From positions 1-34,730 of the forward strand of contig JAUCBJ010000305.1 of assembly GCA_032718475.1 (NCBI GenBank): DNA of 34,730 bases, in the 5' to 3' direction. Origin of the DNA: Nemertoderma westbladi. Lineage: Eukaryota; Animalia; Xenacoelomorpha. Position 1 is the stretch's first letter, and each line of letters starts with the position of its first letter. Made by a program: the position numbers and the translations under genes. The notes under the pieces were generated by a model. It was not told the origin of the DNA. It searched no databases and worked only from the letters and a program-made list of their open reading frames with translations. Shown piece after piece: positions 21,034-33,790 of this stretch.

Positions 21034-22617
21034 TAATTGGTATTTACCTAAATGACGTAAAGTAAAGTGAAGGAAGGAAACAAGAAGCAACGGAAACTCG
21101 TTTCTCTCTTGGATGTTACCGGAAAAGAATGGTTGCCCAACACAATCTCCCAAGGATGACCACTTCATAACTATTCAACCTTTTCTGTATCCCCATAAGC
21201 CAGGCGGCATATTGTACTGTTGGATTTGTTAACATAAGACTTTGCCTTAACTGGCTTTAAAATTTGACTAAATACTACACCGACAACCACCGACACCTTT
21301 CGCATACCACCGACAACAAAAGACACAAACCGACACAAACCGACAGGTAAGATCGCAAACCGACAGTATACCGACAGCTTCGGCAATGTTAGTAAACTAT
21401 TTCAGTACATGATTATACAATTTTTATTTCCAGTCCAAATATTTATAACAAAGTATATTGTCCACTGTCGGCCTGTTGTCGGTGGTGTAATTAGTCATGA
21501 TAATTTCTTTAAAATATAATACCGCCTTCATATATTATCTGTTTTAAATTATTATATTGCATAACGTAATGGTAAAAATCGTTAGTGTTTTTCATATGTC
21601 GGTGTGTTGCTAGTATTATTAGTTTTTGTCGGTGGTAGTCAGACTATTGTCGGTGGTATATTTCTGCGGTATCAGTTCCTATACTCTAACATACAGTACA
21701 GTGCAATACAATTCCGAAATTTATTACTTTACATACACCTGCACATTGTGTGACGTAATTGGTATTTACCTAAATGACGTAAAGTAAAGTGAAGGAAGGA
21801 AACAAGAAGTAACGGAAGCTCCTTTCTCTCTTGGATGTTACCGGAAAAGAATGGTTGCGCAACACAATCTCCCAAGGATGACCTCTTCATAACTATTCAA
21901 CCTTTTCTGTATCCCCATAAGCCAGGCGACATATTGTACTTTTGGATTTGTTAACCTAAGACTTTGCCTTAACTGGCTTTAAAATTTATTGCTAATGCAG
22001 CTTTTTGTTTTCGTGTTGGCATTTACTGTATGGAATTTGCGCAACCGAAACAAAAAACGGTGCCCAGCCCGTGAGAATGCAGAGGCGCAATATAGCCTAT
22101 TGTATAAGATATTATGCTGTTATGTGTGACTTTTTTACTTATTACTTTATCTACCCATATTGGTGTATTGATTGATGAGTTGGTGGAAAATAATATTGAT
22201 CGATTGGAAGATTGATTCATTAAATTATATATTAGTTTACAGATATACCAGTTTTCCAAAATTAAATTAATTCTACATAACTGTAATAACGAACCTGCAT
22301 GTATACATACAGGCGGGGTGAGTATTTTGTCAAAACTTATTGTCTCATGTATCTATCTATGCATGTATCCATCTGCCATAAATCAGCAGTTACTTGCACA
22401 GTTTCGAGACTTCTCATAGTTATAAAGGTCGTTAAAATATTTTATGACAAAACAGGACGAGCACAACGAGGCTTATAATGAAGAGTAGTACTAAGTTGAC
22501 TTTATACTTCTATAAACCACCTGGTTTCGGATATTATTGAACACAATATACCACAGTTTGTTCAGTACCGGTAGTGGAATGTTGCATATATACATCTATA
22601 TTAAGAATGATATGACG

Positions 22618-22915
22618 TCTTGTCGACAAACATACCAACCATGACATTTGCTAGATCTTCCGCATCTTCAAGGCCAGTGTCCTTTAAGATGCGTCTCAAG
22701 AAAATCATGGGCTGTCCACCATGGCTTATTCACTCCATGAGGCCGTCAAAGCACAAGATTATGCACTGGCTGGTCCTCACGGCGAAAGCAATATCCTGCA
22801 AAGCGGAGACGCTTACGTTCAAGTGTCAAGCTTTGGGGGTCTATAGACACTTCCAATTTTTTATAGTGTATTATTGGAGATGTGTTCATTATACTATACA
22901 GTGTACTTGACATAA
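22618..22915 (-). mobile_element. 3' fragment of the same RTE family, inside the foldback spacer
   Basis: The reverse complement matches ~5330-5630, e.g. CCGCATCTTCAAGGCCAGTGTCCTTTAAGATGCGTCTCAAGAAA. Confidence 0.9.
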
Positions 22916-25115
22916 TTAATGACTAAGGTCTAAAGTGTCCATTTATGTGCTACTGTAAAGACTTTGCCGTAACTGGCTTTAAAAATTATTGCTAATGTAG
23001 CTTTTTGTTTCCGCTTTCCGACAACCAGCCACATCGACAAACATAAACCGACAAGAAGGAATCACGAATTATTCAGCGTCGGCATCGTCGGGCTATTGTC
23101 GGTGGTGCATTTAGTAAAGCCCCAAAGCCGCTACAATTGGCGGCAAAAGACACAAACTGACAAGTAAAATGACAAACCGACATTCCGTCACTGTTGGTTG
23201 AATATTAGCGCGAGTTTATAAAAGTTTAATTCTGAATTCACACTCAAAATATTTCAACATTTTATTAATTCTCGGAACTGTCAGTTTACTACTGTCGGTG
23301 GCGTAATTAGTCATTCGTACAGTATAACCAAACGTTGTCTAGTCTCTGTCAATAAAAGGCAGGCTTGGAGAAAATCTTTCAAAACTTATAATTGGTTCAG
23401 ATTAGGAAGGTGGATTACATAAAGCTATTAAAGATGTATTTCCGTATTCAACTATTCTACTCTGTGGTTTACACATTAGAATAAAAATTGTCTAATCATG
23501 TACTAAAAAAGTCTACTAACATTGCCGAAGTGTCGGTATACTGTCGGTTTGCGATCTTACCTGTCGGTTTGTGTCTTTTGTTGTCGGTGGTATGTCAAAT
23601 GTGTCGGTGGCGTATTACTTTGAAGGCAATTTTCTCGGAATGACATTCTTTCACGCAAATTTTTTATTAATTTCGTAAGATTTTATAATAATTTCGAGTT
23701 ATTTACAAATTAATTAATAACCGCAGGGGGTAGCCCCCCGTAATTAATGTCTCATATTTACACAATGCAAGACAGTGTAACTGACAGACTTACGGTTTGT
23801 CATTGTGACATTTTTTGCATTGTATCGAATGTATTTACATACACGTTGTACAACGCAAAAACGCTGTTAGTACAAAAGACAACCCTGAAGTCAAAATATT
23901 AATGGAAAGTGAAAAATAATACGCAGAAAAATTTCCCACCACCAGAAGAAATTAGAAATTTACGGACATTTTAAACCAACAATCTGAAGACAAAAGGTAA
24001 TTTGCGTTTTTCTCTGAGAAATTACTTTTTTGACTTACGGTCTTTTTACATTGCACGGCAGAATTGGTGTTATAATATCTTCACAAGGAAATAAGCAGAC
24101 AACCAACAGTGATAGAGTTGTCTAAGAGTGTCGGTTTGCCATTTTGTTTGTCGGTTGGTTGACTACCAAAGGCAACTTTTCACATACACCGATATAAACA
24201 AAGTAATTCAATTTTTCATAATGGCAAAATGCCACCAGCCCCTCCCCCAGAGAGACCACTATCACCACACTTAGCTTTTCATTTCTTCCGGAGTAATTTT
24301 TATATTTTAGAATTACTTACAGTGTATTATGTAGAATGAATTTAATTTAGGAAAAATATTTTTGAAGACTATCTGTCAACCAATCTTTCTATCGATCAAT
24401 ATATTATTCCACCAACACATCAATCAATAAATCAATATATACTGTATACAGTAGGTACCTGAACTGTATAAAGAAAAAGAGTAACAAAAAAGTAAAACAC
24501 ATTATCTTACACAATGCTATATTGCGCCTCTGCATTCTCACGGGCTGGGCACCGTTTTTTGTTTCGGTTGCGCAAATTCCATACAGTAAATGCCAACACG
24601 AAAACAAAAAGCTGCATTAGCAATAAATTTTAAAGCCAGTTAAGGCAAAGTCTTATGTTAACAAATCCAACAGTACAATATGCCGCCTGGCTTATGGGGA
24701 TACATAAAAGGTTGAATAGTTATGAAGTGGTCATCCTTGGGAGATTGTGTTGCGCAATCATTCTTTTCCGGTAACATCCAAGAGAGAAAGGAGCTTCCGT
24801 TACTTCTTGTTTCCTTCCTTCACTTTACTTTACGTCATTTAGGTAAATACCAATTACGTCACACAATGCTGCAATGTGCAGGTGTATGTAAAGTAATAAA
24901 TTTCGGAATTGTATTGCACTGTACTGTATGTTAGAGTATAGGAACTGATACCGCAGAAATATACCACCGACAATAGTCTGACTACCACCGACAACAGTCT
25001 GACTACCACCGACAAAAACTAATAATACTAGCAACACATCGACATATGAAAAACACTAACGATTTTTACCATTACGTTATGCAATATAATAATTCAAAAC
25101 AGATAATATATGAAG

Positions 25116-25904
25116 TAGGGCTCGATCGGAGTTGGGATTTGGCCGGAGCCGGAGCAGGAGCCGGAGTTGGACAATTTGGCCGGAGCCGGAGCAGGAGCCG
25201 GAGTTTTTCAAAAATTTTAAAAATTTAATTATTTATTTAAAAAAAATAAAGTATGGTTATCGTTCGCCAATCGCTCATAATCAATCATACTGTAGGTCTA
25301 ATTAATTTCATAATTTATAGATTAACGAATTTTCAATTTTCAATTTAAGTAATTAATGTATCACGGACAGACGGCCTGACGCTGACGGCTAAAAATTACC
25401 TACAGTACCTAACTCACTAACTGTGGTAGAGGTGTGTACTGTAGGTAGCCTACCGTAAGTGTACCAGTACTGCAGTACAGTATGCTGACATGGCATGACA
25501 GCAGTACAGCAGTAAATGGCTGCAGTGGTACAGCTACAGTGTACATTCATAGCATTTACAATTTTTTACAGTAGGGCCTATCTGTAATAGTCTGCTAGTC
25601 AGCCAGCTGGCCAGTACCAGTACTGCAGTACAGTCAGTCAGTCATTGACTTTAAGTAAATACTGCAGTACTGCAGTACCGGTCTGCCGGTATTATGCTTG
25701 ATATTGAAGCTGTACTACAGTACCGGTATCTACTTACTTCAGTACTTATAGTGTAAATAATTGTTCAGATTAGAATATGCACGAAATATAATACTTTATT
25801 AAAAAATTAACTCCGGCAATATTTTTACCGGAGCCGGAGCAGGAGCCGGAGGTGCCAAAATGGCCGGAGCCGGAGCCGGAGGCCGGAGCTCCGATCGAGC
25901 CCTA
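25116..25904. mobile_element. hAT-type MITE (789 bp, 8-bp TSD ATATGAAG) with (GGAGCC)n subterminal repeats
   Basis: TIRs TAGGGCTCGATCGGAG and CTCCGATCGAGCCCTA. ATATGAAG lies at 25108-25115 and 25905-25912. The empty site ATATATGAAGGCGG is seen at ~26645-26658. Confidence 0.93.
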
Positions 25905-28900
25905 ATATGAAGGCGGTATTATATTTTAAATAAATTATCATGACTAATTACACCACCGACAACAGGCCGACAGTGGACAAAATACTTTGTTATAAATATT
26001 TGGACTGGGAATAAAAATTGTCTAATCATGTACTAAAAAAGTCTACTAACATTGCCGAAGCTGTCGGTATACTGTCGGTTTGCGATCTTACCTGTCGGTT
26101 TGTGTCTTTTGTTGTCAGTGGTATGCGAAAGGTGTCGGTGGTTGTCGGTGTAGTATTTAGTCAAATTTTAAAGCCAGTTAAGGCAAAGTCTTATGTTAAC
26201 AAATCCAACAGTACAATATGCCGCCTGGCTTATGGGGATACAGAAAAGGTTGAATAGTTATGAAGTGGTCATCCTTGGGAGATTGTGTTGGGCAACCATT
26301 CTTTTCTGGTAACATCCAAGAGAGAAACGAGTTTCCGTTGCTTCTTGTTTCCTTCCTTCACTTTACTTTACGTCATTTAGGTAAATACCAATTACGTCAC
26401 ACAATGTGCAGCTGTATGTAAAGTAATAAATTTCGGCATTGTAGGGGCCTATCGCACTGTACTGTATGTCCAAGTTTAAGAACGGATACCGCAGAAATAT
26501 ACCACTGACAACAGTCTGACTACCACCGACAACAGTCTGACTACCACCGACAAAAACTAATAATAATAGCAACACACCGACATATGAAAAACACTAACGA
26601 TTTTTACCATTACGCTATGCAATATAATAATTTAAAACAAGATAATATATGAAGGCGGTATTATATTTTAAAGAAATTATCATGACTAATTACACCACCG
26701 AGAACAGGCCGACAGTGGACAATATACTTTGTTATAAATATTTGGACTGGAAATAAAAATTGTATAATCATGTACTGAAATAGTTTACTAACATTGCCGA
26801 AGTTGTCGGTATACTGTCGGTTTGCGATCTTACCTGTCGGTTTGTGTCGGTTTATGTCTTTTGTTGTCGGTGGTATGCGAAAGGTGTCGGTGGTTGTCGG
26901 TGGCGTATTTAGTCAAACCCGGGTCATTCCATGCTAATTCGACCAATCGGTGTGGCAAGGGTCGGAAATTTTTGACGAAATTTTAAACACTTATCAATTC
27001 TAGTGAAAAAACGATGTGGTGAAAATTTCAACCGATTTGGTTTAGCCGTTCTCGAAATATTGATGTTTTAAATTTGGCGAAATTACAAAAACCAGTGAAG
27101 TACATTATTTGAAGTGGTGTCTACAGTTGATCTGATTATCAGTTTAATGTTTATTGTATGTGATTCTAAATAAACGATGCCTGAACTTCAATATTTTTAT
27201 TACTAAATGAATAAACTATTAATCAGAAAGTTGTCAGACGATTTCAAAGTTGCCTCAAAAATGCGAATTTATGCTTCAAATTTTGTCATGGCGCTCATTT
27301 TCTGTCAAAGATGTCAGGTAAAAAAGCTCATGAACATAGCTATAATCAGAGCTCTCCACCAGAGCCTCCAATATTGCATTTTTTGACATTATTCAGATTC
27401 TTCACCCAGATATTCAGTCATACAGACTATCTGATTATCAGTTTACCTACTAAAATTATATGATTCGAATCATTATGAGTCACTCTAACCGGGAAAACTA
27501 AAATAACAGATAAACTAGTTGCCAGACTAATATACTGAGGTCTCAAATTGGGACATTTTTCAAAAATTCGCATTTTTGAGGCAACTTTGAAATCGTCTGA
27601 AACTTTCTGATTAATAGTTTATTCATTTAGTAATAAAAATATTGAAGTTCAGGCATCGTTTATTTAGAATCACATACAATAAACATTAAACTGATAATCA
27701 GATCAACTGTAGACACCACTTCAAATAATGTACTTCACTGGTTTTTGGAATTTCGCCAAATTTAAATCATCAATATTTCGAGAACGGCTAAACCAAATCG
27801 GCTGAGATTTTCACCACATCGTTTTTTCACTAGAATTGATAAGTGGTTAAAATTTCGACAACAATTTCCAACCCTTGCCACACCGATTGGTCGAATTAGC
27901 ATGGAATGACCCGCCAGTTTGCCTTTGCGGTACGGTAATTCGTCTTGCAGTTTACCCCCATCCACCATGCAGCCATGCCCAGCATGCCTTTCTAATCCTT
28001 TGCGGTCTTTTGCAGTCTTTTGGGGAATTTCCGGTTTGGGGGGCACTGACCACTGACTGACTGAAACTCTATAAAAACACATGCAGGCTACATGCAGGCT
28101 GGCAGGTATGTGTCTAAAACACTTGTCTGGTGGGAAAACACTTCTGCACTTAGACAATGTTACACATATTCATTTCTACCGTACATTGTCTGATTGTCTA
28201 TATACCTGTATACCGGTAGGCCTACTGATATATGAAAAGACTCTAATATTATTCTCAAATTTCCCGGTTTCCTCGCGGGAAAATACCAGCCACGGCCAAC
28301 AAACAACAAAATCAAAAACACAACAAAAAAACAAACAAACAAAATGCTGCCAACACTGCAACTGCAAGGCAATAAGGCAACATGGGTCTGTATGCTGTAA
28401 GTCTGTGGTCTGAGCTGAGACTATATCTCTAACTGTCTAATGTAAGCTGCTGTCAGAGGGTCAGGTTGTGTTTATACACCTGTCTGCCTGTACACCAACT
28501 GGCAACTGACCAATACAGCAATACGGTAGGCCTCTACTGGTGTACCGTACCGGTACAATAAACTGATAAAATAAGAGTTGACGTAACGGTAATATTGTAA
28601 TAGTCTGATAGTACTGTAGTAGTAATACCGGTACCGGTCAGCCGGTATATCAGTCTATCAGTAGCCTACAGCCTGACAGCAGAAGGCCTATATACCGGTA
28701 CTACAGTTGTTAAAAATTCAGTGCCCCTGAAAGTGCTGAATAGTCTACCTGCCAACTCCCGAAAATTAAGTTTAGATGGCATTTTTTGTTAATGGTTGGC
28801 ATCCACCTGATTTTTGTACTTCAAGACATGGCGAATCCAGCTAGGCCGGATGCCACCTCTGCATTTTTAATTTAATGCCTTTTTTTGGGCTTCAAAGTTT

Positions 28901-29771
28901 TTTGCTCAAAAATGATTTTTTTCAATTTTAGGATACAAGTTCATGGTGAATGCTTGTGAATATTGTCTCATAACCAGTGTATAAATTGAAAGTTAATCAA
29001 AATGCATCAATGTTGTCCTGAAACTTTTATAAACACTTTGGTAAAGAAGAAAATTTCCAAAATTCCCTTGCAGTTTGCCAACCCGGCCCTAGTAACCGCC
29101 TTAGCAACAGATTTTTGAATTTTAAATTGTCAATTTCTTTGACTCACCTTTCTTTTTCCTGGGAAAATCAACAAACAGTTTTAAAATCAAAAAACCCATC
29201 ACACAACTTATATGACATCTTGGGAACACATCAAGGGCAATATAAAATCAAATAGCGTCCAATGTCGCAGACACAGGCCCATTATTTGGACCAGAGTAAT
29301 TGTCACAAGTATCAAAATATTGAGTTTAAGTGGATAGTTCGTGTACATAGACTCAACTATTTGCTTCCATATTTGTAATTTTTTTAAATTATCACTACAG
29401 CTCAGTAGCATGGTGATACTTCCTGTCATATTGCGCACATTTAGGTGACATTTACAGACCACGTTACCATAGCAACAGACCAAATAAGACAATTTAATAA
29501 GAATTTAATTTACAGTATAACTATAATGTAGTTTTCCCTAGGCCTACCTTACCAGAGTTTGAGAGATTAAATGTCACACACGTCGCATAGCCATAACCTT
29601 CGACTGTTAGTCAACATCCTATCGTGTCTTGGGGGAATATTGTTTAATATAAATATGAATTTTAAAGTATCTCATGCGTTCATTGAGGAGACCTACAGGT
29701 AATAGTTAACTCACTCTAAATTCTGCTAAGATATTAGTTTTGCAACAGGCAGGTACATCACACTATGCACC

Positions 29772-32766
29772 GTCGAGACAGGGGTTGAGCGGGGGAGGGG
29801 GCACAAATCCCATTTCGGTTTTTATTTTGTTTTTATTTCAATTATTTTTCTCAATGTTAAATTATCAATTTAGGGAAAGGACCAGTTTACAATGGCACGT
29901 TATTCCAACCAAAACAATAAACGAATCTCAATAGAACAGATTGAAGTTAAATTTTTGAGAGTAATCGGGTGTTATTTGCATCGATTTTCCCCTGGAGAGG
30001 GATAAATTTTGATTGCGTTGAAAGACCCCCCCCCCCCCCCCCCCCCCTCTCTGGCACCATAAATATCGACCTACCTAACAGTAATGTTTCTTTCACTTTG
30101 AGATTGATTTTCACTATCACTTGCATCTGCCTATTATTATTATGACTTGATGGAAATGGATGGTGACGAACATATTCCTACTATTAAAAGGAAAACTTGC
30201 CCGAATGTGGTTTGTGAAGAGACATGCATAGTATATGGAGCAAAAAAAGATGAGCCATTAAGAATTGCTTCAGTTGACGGCAAGTTAAAGTTGCACTGGC
30301 TAATAAGGCTAATAATTGCTAATAATGCACTGACTGTTCCTCACAGTGAAAGCAATGTCCTGCAAGGCTGAGGCGGTTCCGTTCAAGTGGCAAGCTAGAG
30401 GAGACTGATGAAACAGCTCCAATGTTGTATAGAGTCTGGTTGGAGATGTGTTCGTTGTACATAACACAATGAACCCGGCGCAGCATTCTTGAGAAGGTGC
30501 CATCCAGAGATTTGGTATCCTCTGCAGTTAGAGCTCAGCGTGGACTCCCATGGAACTACTGCTGCCAGAAATAATCGAACCTTGAGGTACCGTTTTATTA
30601 TGTGGGACTTACAAATCCTGGATAGTCTATTCAATGCAGCCCATGCCTCCCCCTTACGTATCCGATGATCCTGATCCATGATCCCAAGTAGCAGAAGTCA
30701 TCCACGTGCTGAAGCAAGCCATTCCTGGAGCTTATTCCCTTACGATCAGACATTTCTTGAGGGCTATCAAGTTTCACTGTCATAATATTTGTCTTCTTGG
30801 AATTTACAAAAAGACAAACACTAGAAGCAACCTCGTCCAATGAGCAGAGAAGCCTTTGGGCTCCTTCTAGTGATTCTGACAGTACCGCTAAGTCATCAGC
30901 AAAGTCTAGATCAGTTAGGTACTTTGCTGGATTTCCTCCACTTATTGTGCCAGTAGGGGGTACCATCATCCTATTTTAATAATTTTAATTTGTATGGTCT
31001 AAGGACATGCGTAGAACACAATCAACCACAATTAAGAATTAGAATGGTGCAAGTGTGTAACCCTGAAGTATTCCGCATAAGAGTTCGAATGGATCTGTGT
31101 CACCATCAGCAGTAGACGCAAATGTGGTGGAACCTCAAACAGTGATCGGAAAGATGCAATAATTTCCTCAGGAAACCAATGTGCTACAAGTATGCTAAAC
31201 ATCCATGGTCGGGAGACTGAGTCGAAGGCCTTAAAGAAGTCAACAAAGATAATAGCCAGATGTATGTCTTTCTTTGTTGATAACTCTTTGATTATCCTTC
31301 TAAGTGCCAGAATAGACTTCATGTCCCACGACCTTTATGGAACCCATTTTGGTTCTCACAGGATTCCTGATGCGATTTAATAGAATTCTGTTGTATTGCT
31401 TTGCAGCAATCGAGATTAACGAGTTTCCACGAAAAGCTTTATAGGTTGTTAGGTTGCCCTTTTTTGGTGCATGGACCAACTTATATATTTTCATTTCTTG
31501 AGGGACTATCTTTGTCCTATACATACTCAGAATAATGGGGTGAACAGGTGAATGAGCTCTAAGCACTCAGCAATTTTAAAGACCTCAGGGACACGCCATC
31601 TTACTCCAATGGCACGATTGGTCTTCAAGCCCCTTACTGCAGTCTTAATTATTGAGGAGTTCACTCGATTCAGCATTAACCTTGGTGGTTGGTTGGCTTT
31701 TCCTCCCAGTGAGCAGGTTTACTGATTGCTATGCCTGAGCTGATTGCCTGCTATCATCAGCGTTAATGGCATCAACCTCGGCCCTACTTATTGATAAGCT
31801 CCTTTAGCATTGTCTGTCTTTGTGTGCCCTAGTCGGCGGGACTCATTCTGCGCCATTTGAGGTCATTTCGGCACTTCCGAATTCTGTGATCAGTGCGGGT
31901 GGGGGGGGGCTAATTCCTGTTTCGAGGATATACAGGATCTGTTTCAGCGGCTGCTAAATTAACTGCTTCTGTGAAGGCAGTATAGCCCACGCAGTGATCT
32001 GCCGCCTCAGAGGCGAGAGCCTCATACCTGTTGCTCAGCTGTAGTGTGAAGCTGGATCTCACAACTGGGCTGTTGCAACAAAGAGCACCAGTCATTCCTT
32101 GGCAATTCTGCTAGCGTGGAGACTAAGTCTTACCTTGGCCACAATAATAGGTAATAGCTGGATAAGGGTCGAAGTGCAAATATACTTCAGTCTTGTACAG
32201 AATAGAGCTCCTGTATTTCCCACGAAACAGAATATGGTATATCTGTGGACGTGTGACCACTTGGTCCAGTATGAGATGTAGATGAGTGATGTAGACTTGC
32301 ATTAAAGTCACCCAGGCAAATTAAGAATGCATGCTGATCCACTCCATCAGTAATGCATGTAGAATGTGGTAGAAATTTTCCACTTCATCTTTCTGCACAC
32401 TTCTTCTTGTTCCACATACTATGTGAAGTCTCTTCACAAATTACATTCGGGAAGTTTACCTTTAAGAGTGGGAATATGTTCGTCACCATCCATTTCCATC
32501 AAGTCATAATAATAATAGGCAAATGAAAGTGATAGTTTCGACGCAATCAAAATTGATCCCTCTCCAGGGTGAAAATCGACGCAAATAACACCTGATTACT
32601 CTCAAAAATTAAACTTCTATCTGTTCTGTTGATATTCGTTTATTGTTCTGTTTAATGTAAACTGCTCCTTTCCTTAAATTGATAATTTAACATTGATACA
32701 AAATATTAATTCGCCAAAATGGGATTGCCCCCCCCCCCCCCCCCCCCCCTCCTCCCCTGTCTCGAC
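29772..32766. repeat. Pair of diverged inverted repeats (29772-~30250 and ~32400-32766) bracketing an RTE remnant
   Basis: Shared blocks in opposite orientation include GTCGAGACAGGGG, TTTTTGAGAGTAATC, CCCTGGAGAGGGAT and GCCTATTATTATTATGACTTGATGGAAATGGATGGTGACGAACATATTCC. No TSD was found. Confidence 0.85.
30290..32385 (-). mobile_element. Second, more decayed RTE copy with several internal deletions
   Basis: Fragments include VRSSFTLQLSNRYEALASEAADHC (31910-32095), PKKGNLTTY..SLISIAAK (31300-31566), IFVDFFKAFDSVSR (31032-31322) and NPAKYLTDLDFADDL (30631-30969), collinear with the 1619-5608 copy. Confidence 0.92.
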
Positions 32767-33082
32767 CCTGCAAACAATGTATTGTTAAAAAGCTGTTATT
32801 AAAATGTTATTTAATGACATAGATAACATTATTTCAAATTGTTAGATTAATGATAAAAAAACTGTAAATTGGCCAAGAAATATGACGTTATATACTAACG
32901 TTATTATTTCGTTTTTAATAACATTAAAATAACAAAGCCAGGATGTTTACATATATCATTACTTTTATGTTATTCCTTATCATTATTATTGTATTTTTAT
33001 TGACATTTAAATAACAACAGCATAATGTTTATTTAGATCGTTACTTTTATGTTATTTCTTAACATAAAAATATTGTTTGCTA
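32766..33082. mobile_element. Possible AT-rich MITE with AATAACAT/ATGTTATT motifs (EnSpm-like terminus)
   Basis: Starts CCCTGCAAACAAT and ends ATTGTTTGCT. Similar motifs recur at 34580-34730. The ends are degenerate and the TSD is not resolved. Confidence 0.35.
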
Positions 33083-33709
33083 AAGACGTAACGCCGTTCT
33101 GTATATCGTTCTTTATAATTGCCATTGCCAAACCCTTTATTGAATAATTAATTAATAATTTCCCTACGCATGTTAATATGGTAGTGGCAGGCTACAATCT
33201 CTAACACAGTTTGATTGAATACAATTTTGTTGTAGGCAATTGTATACAAATTAATAACAATTAAAACGTATAACATGAATTGAATTTTTTGTATAATGAC
33301 CAGTCAGGAACAAATAATGAAATAAACAGCAAAATCAAAGTAAAATATCACAGAATAAGTAAACAACAAATATATGGCTGTATGGCCCATTACGTAAATG
33401 GTTTTGATATTTCGGTTAAAGTTAATCACAGACTTAAAAAGAATATGTTTATGACGTAATAATAAGTGACAACAACGTAATGAATTGCATCAATTAAAAT
33501 ACTTTGAGTTAATATTATTCACTAGATTTATAGATCTAATTTGTAGTCTATATAAAATAATGTACATATAGTGGGTTTAATAAATAATACCTCACAACAA
33601 TGTTAAATTATTAAAAGGAGCAGGTTACAGTTGGCAGTTGGCTACAGAGGCACATTATTATTATATCCTTCGGGTAAACAAAAAAAAACAGGTTACAGAT
33701 TTATTTCTG

Positions 33710-33790
33710 GGAGAGTAATCAGTACTTATTTGAATCGATATCTCCCTGGAGAGGGATGATTTTGATTGCATCGCAAATCCTCCCTATCTG
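33710..33790 (+). repeat. Third partial copy of the 29772-30250 repeat
   Basis: GAGAGTAATC...ATCGAT..CCCTGGAGAGGGAT..TTTTTGATTGC matches ~29957-30020. Confidence 0.75.

Larger units (their letters stand above)
18142..26920. mobile_element. 8.8-kb Mutator/MULE-like foldback element with ~1.8-kb modular inverted arms and 9-bp TSD; no own transposase seen
   Basis: Termini GGGTTTGACTAAATACGCCACCGACAACC and its exact reverse complement ending at 26920. TSD GGGTCATTC lies at 18133-18141 and 26921-26929. Each arm is two tandem ~730-765-bp units rich in ACCGACA plus ~300 bp. Confidence 0.88.
18133..27912. mobile_element. Sola2-like non-autonomous element (body 26921-27912, ~350-bp TIRs); original left end at 18133, displaced by the Mutator-like insertion
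   Basis: GGGTCATTCCATGCTAATTCGACCAATCGG at 26921, with its reverse complement ending at 27912; arms ~26921-27280 and ~27564-27912. GCCA flanks at 18129-18132 and 27913-27916 give a 4-bp TSD with GRG...CYC termini. A 6-bp CGCCAG reading is also possible. Confidence 0.75.

Noticed and set aside
25046-25228. SR/GA-repeat peptide (AGAGAGAG...RSRSRSRS)
   Set aside because: It derives from the hAT MITE's (GGAGCC)n subterminal repeat.
18497-26575. Family of small signal-peptide-like ORFs (MLLLLLVFVGGSQTVV, MKWSSLGDC, MPKLSVY)
   Set aside because: They are translations of the repeated foldback units, several rely on non-ATG starts, and their ends vary with TE insertions.
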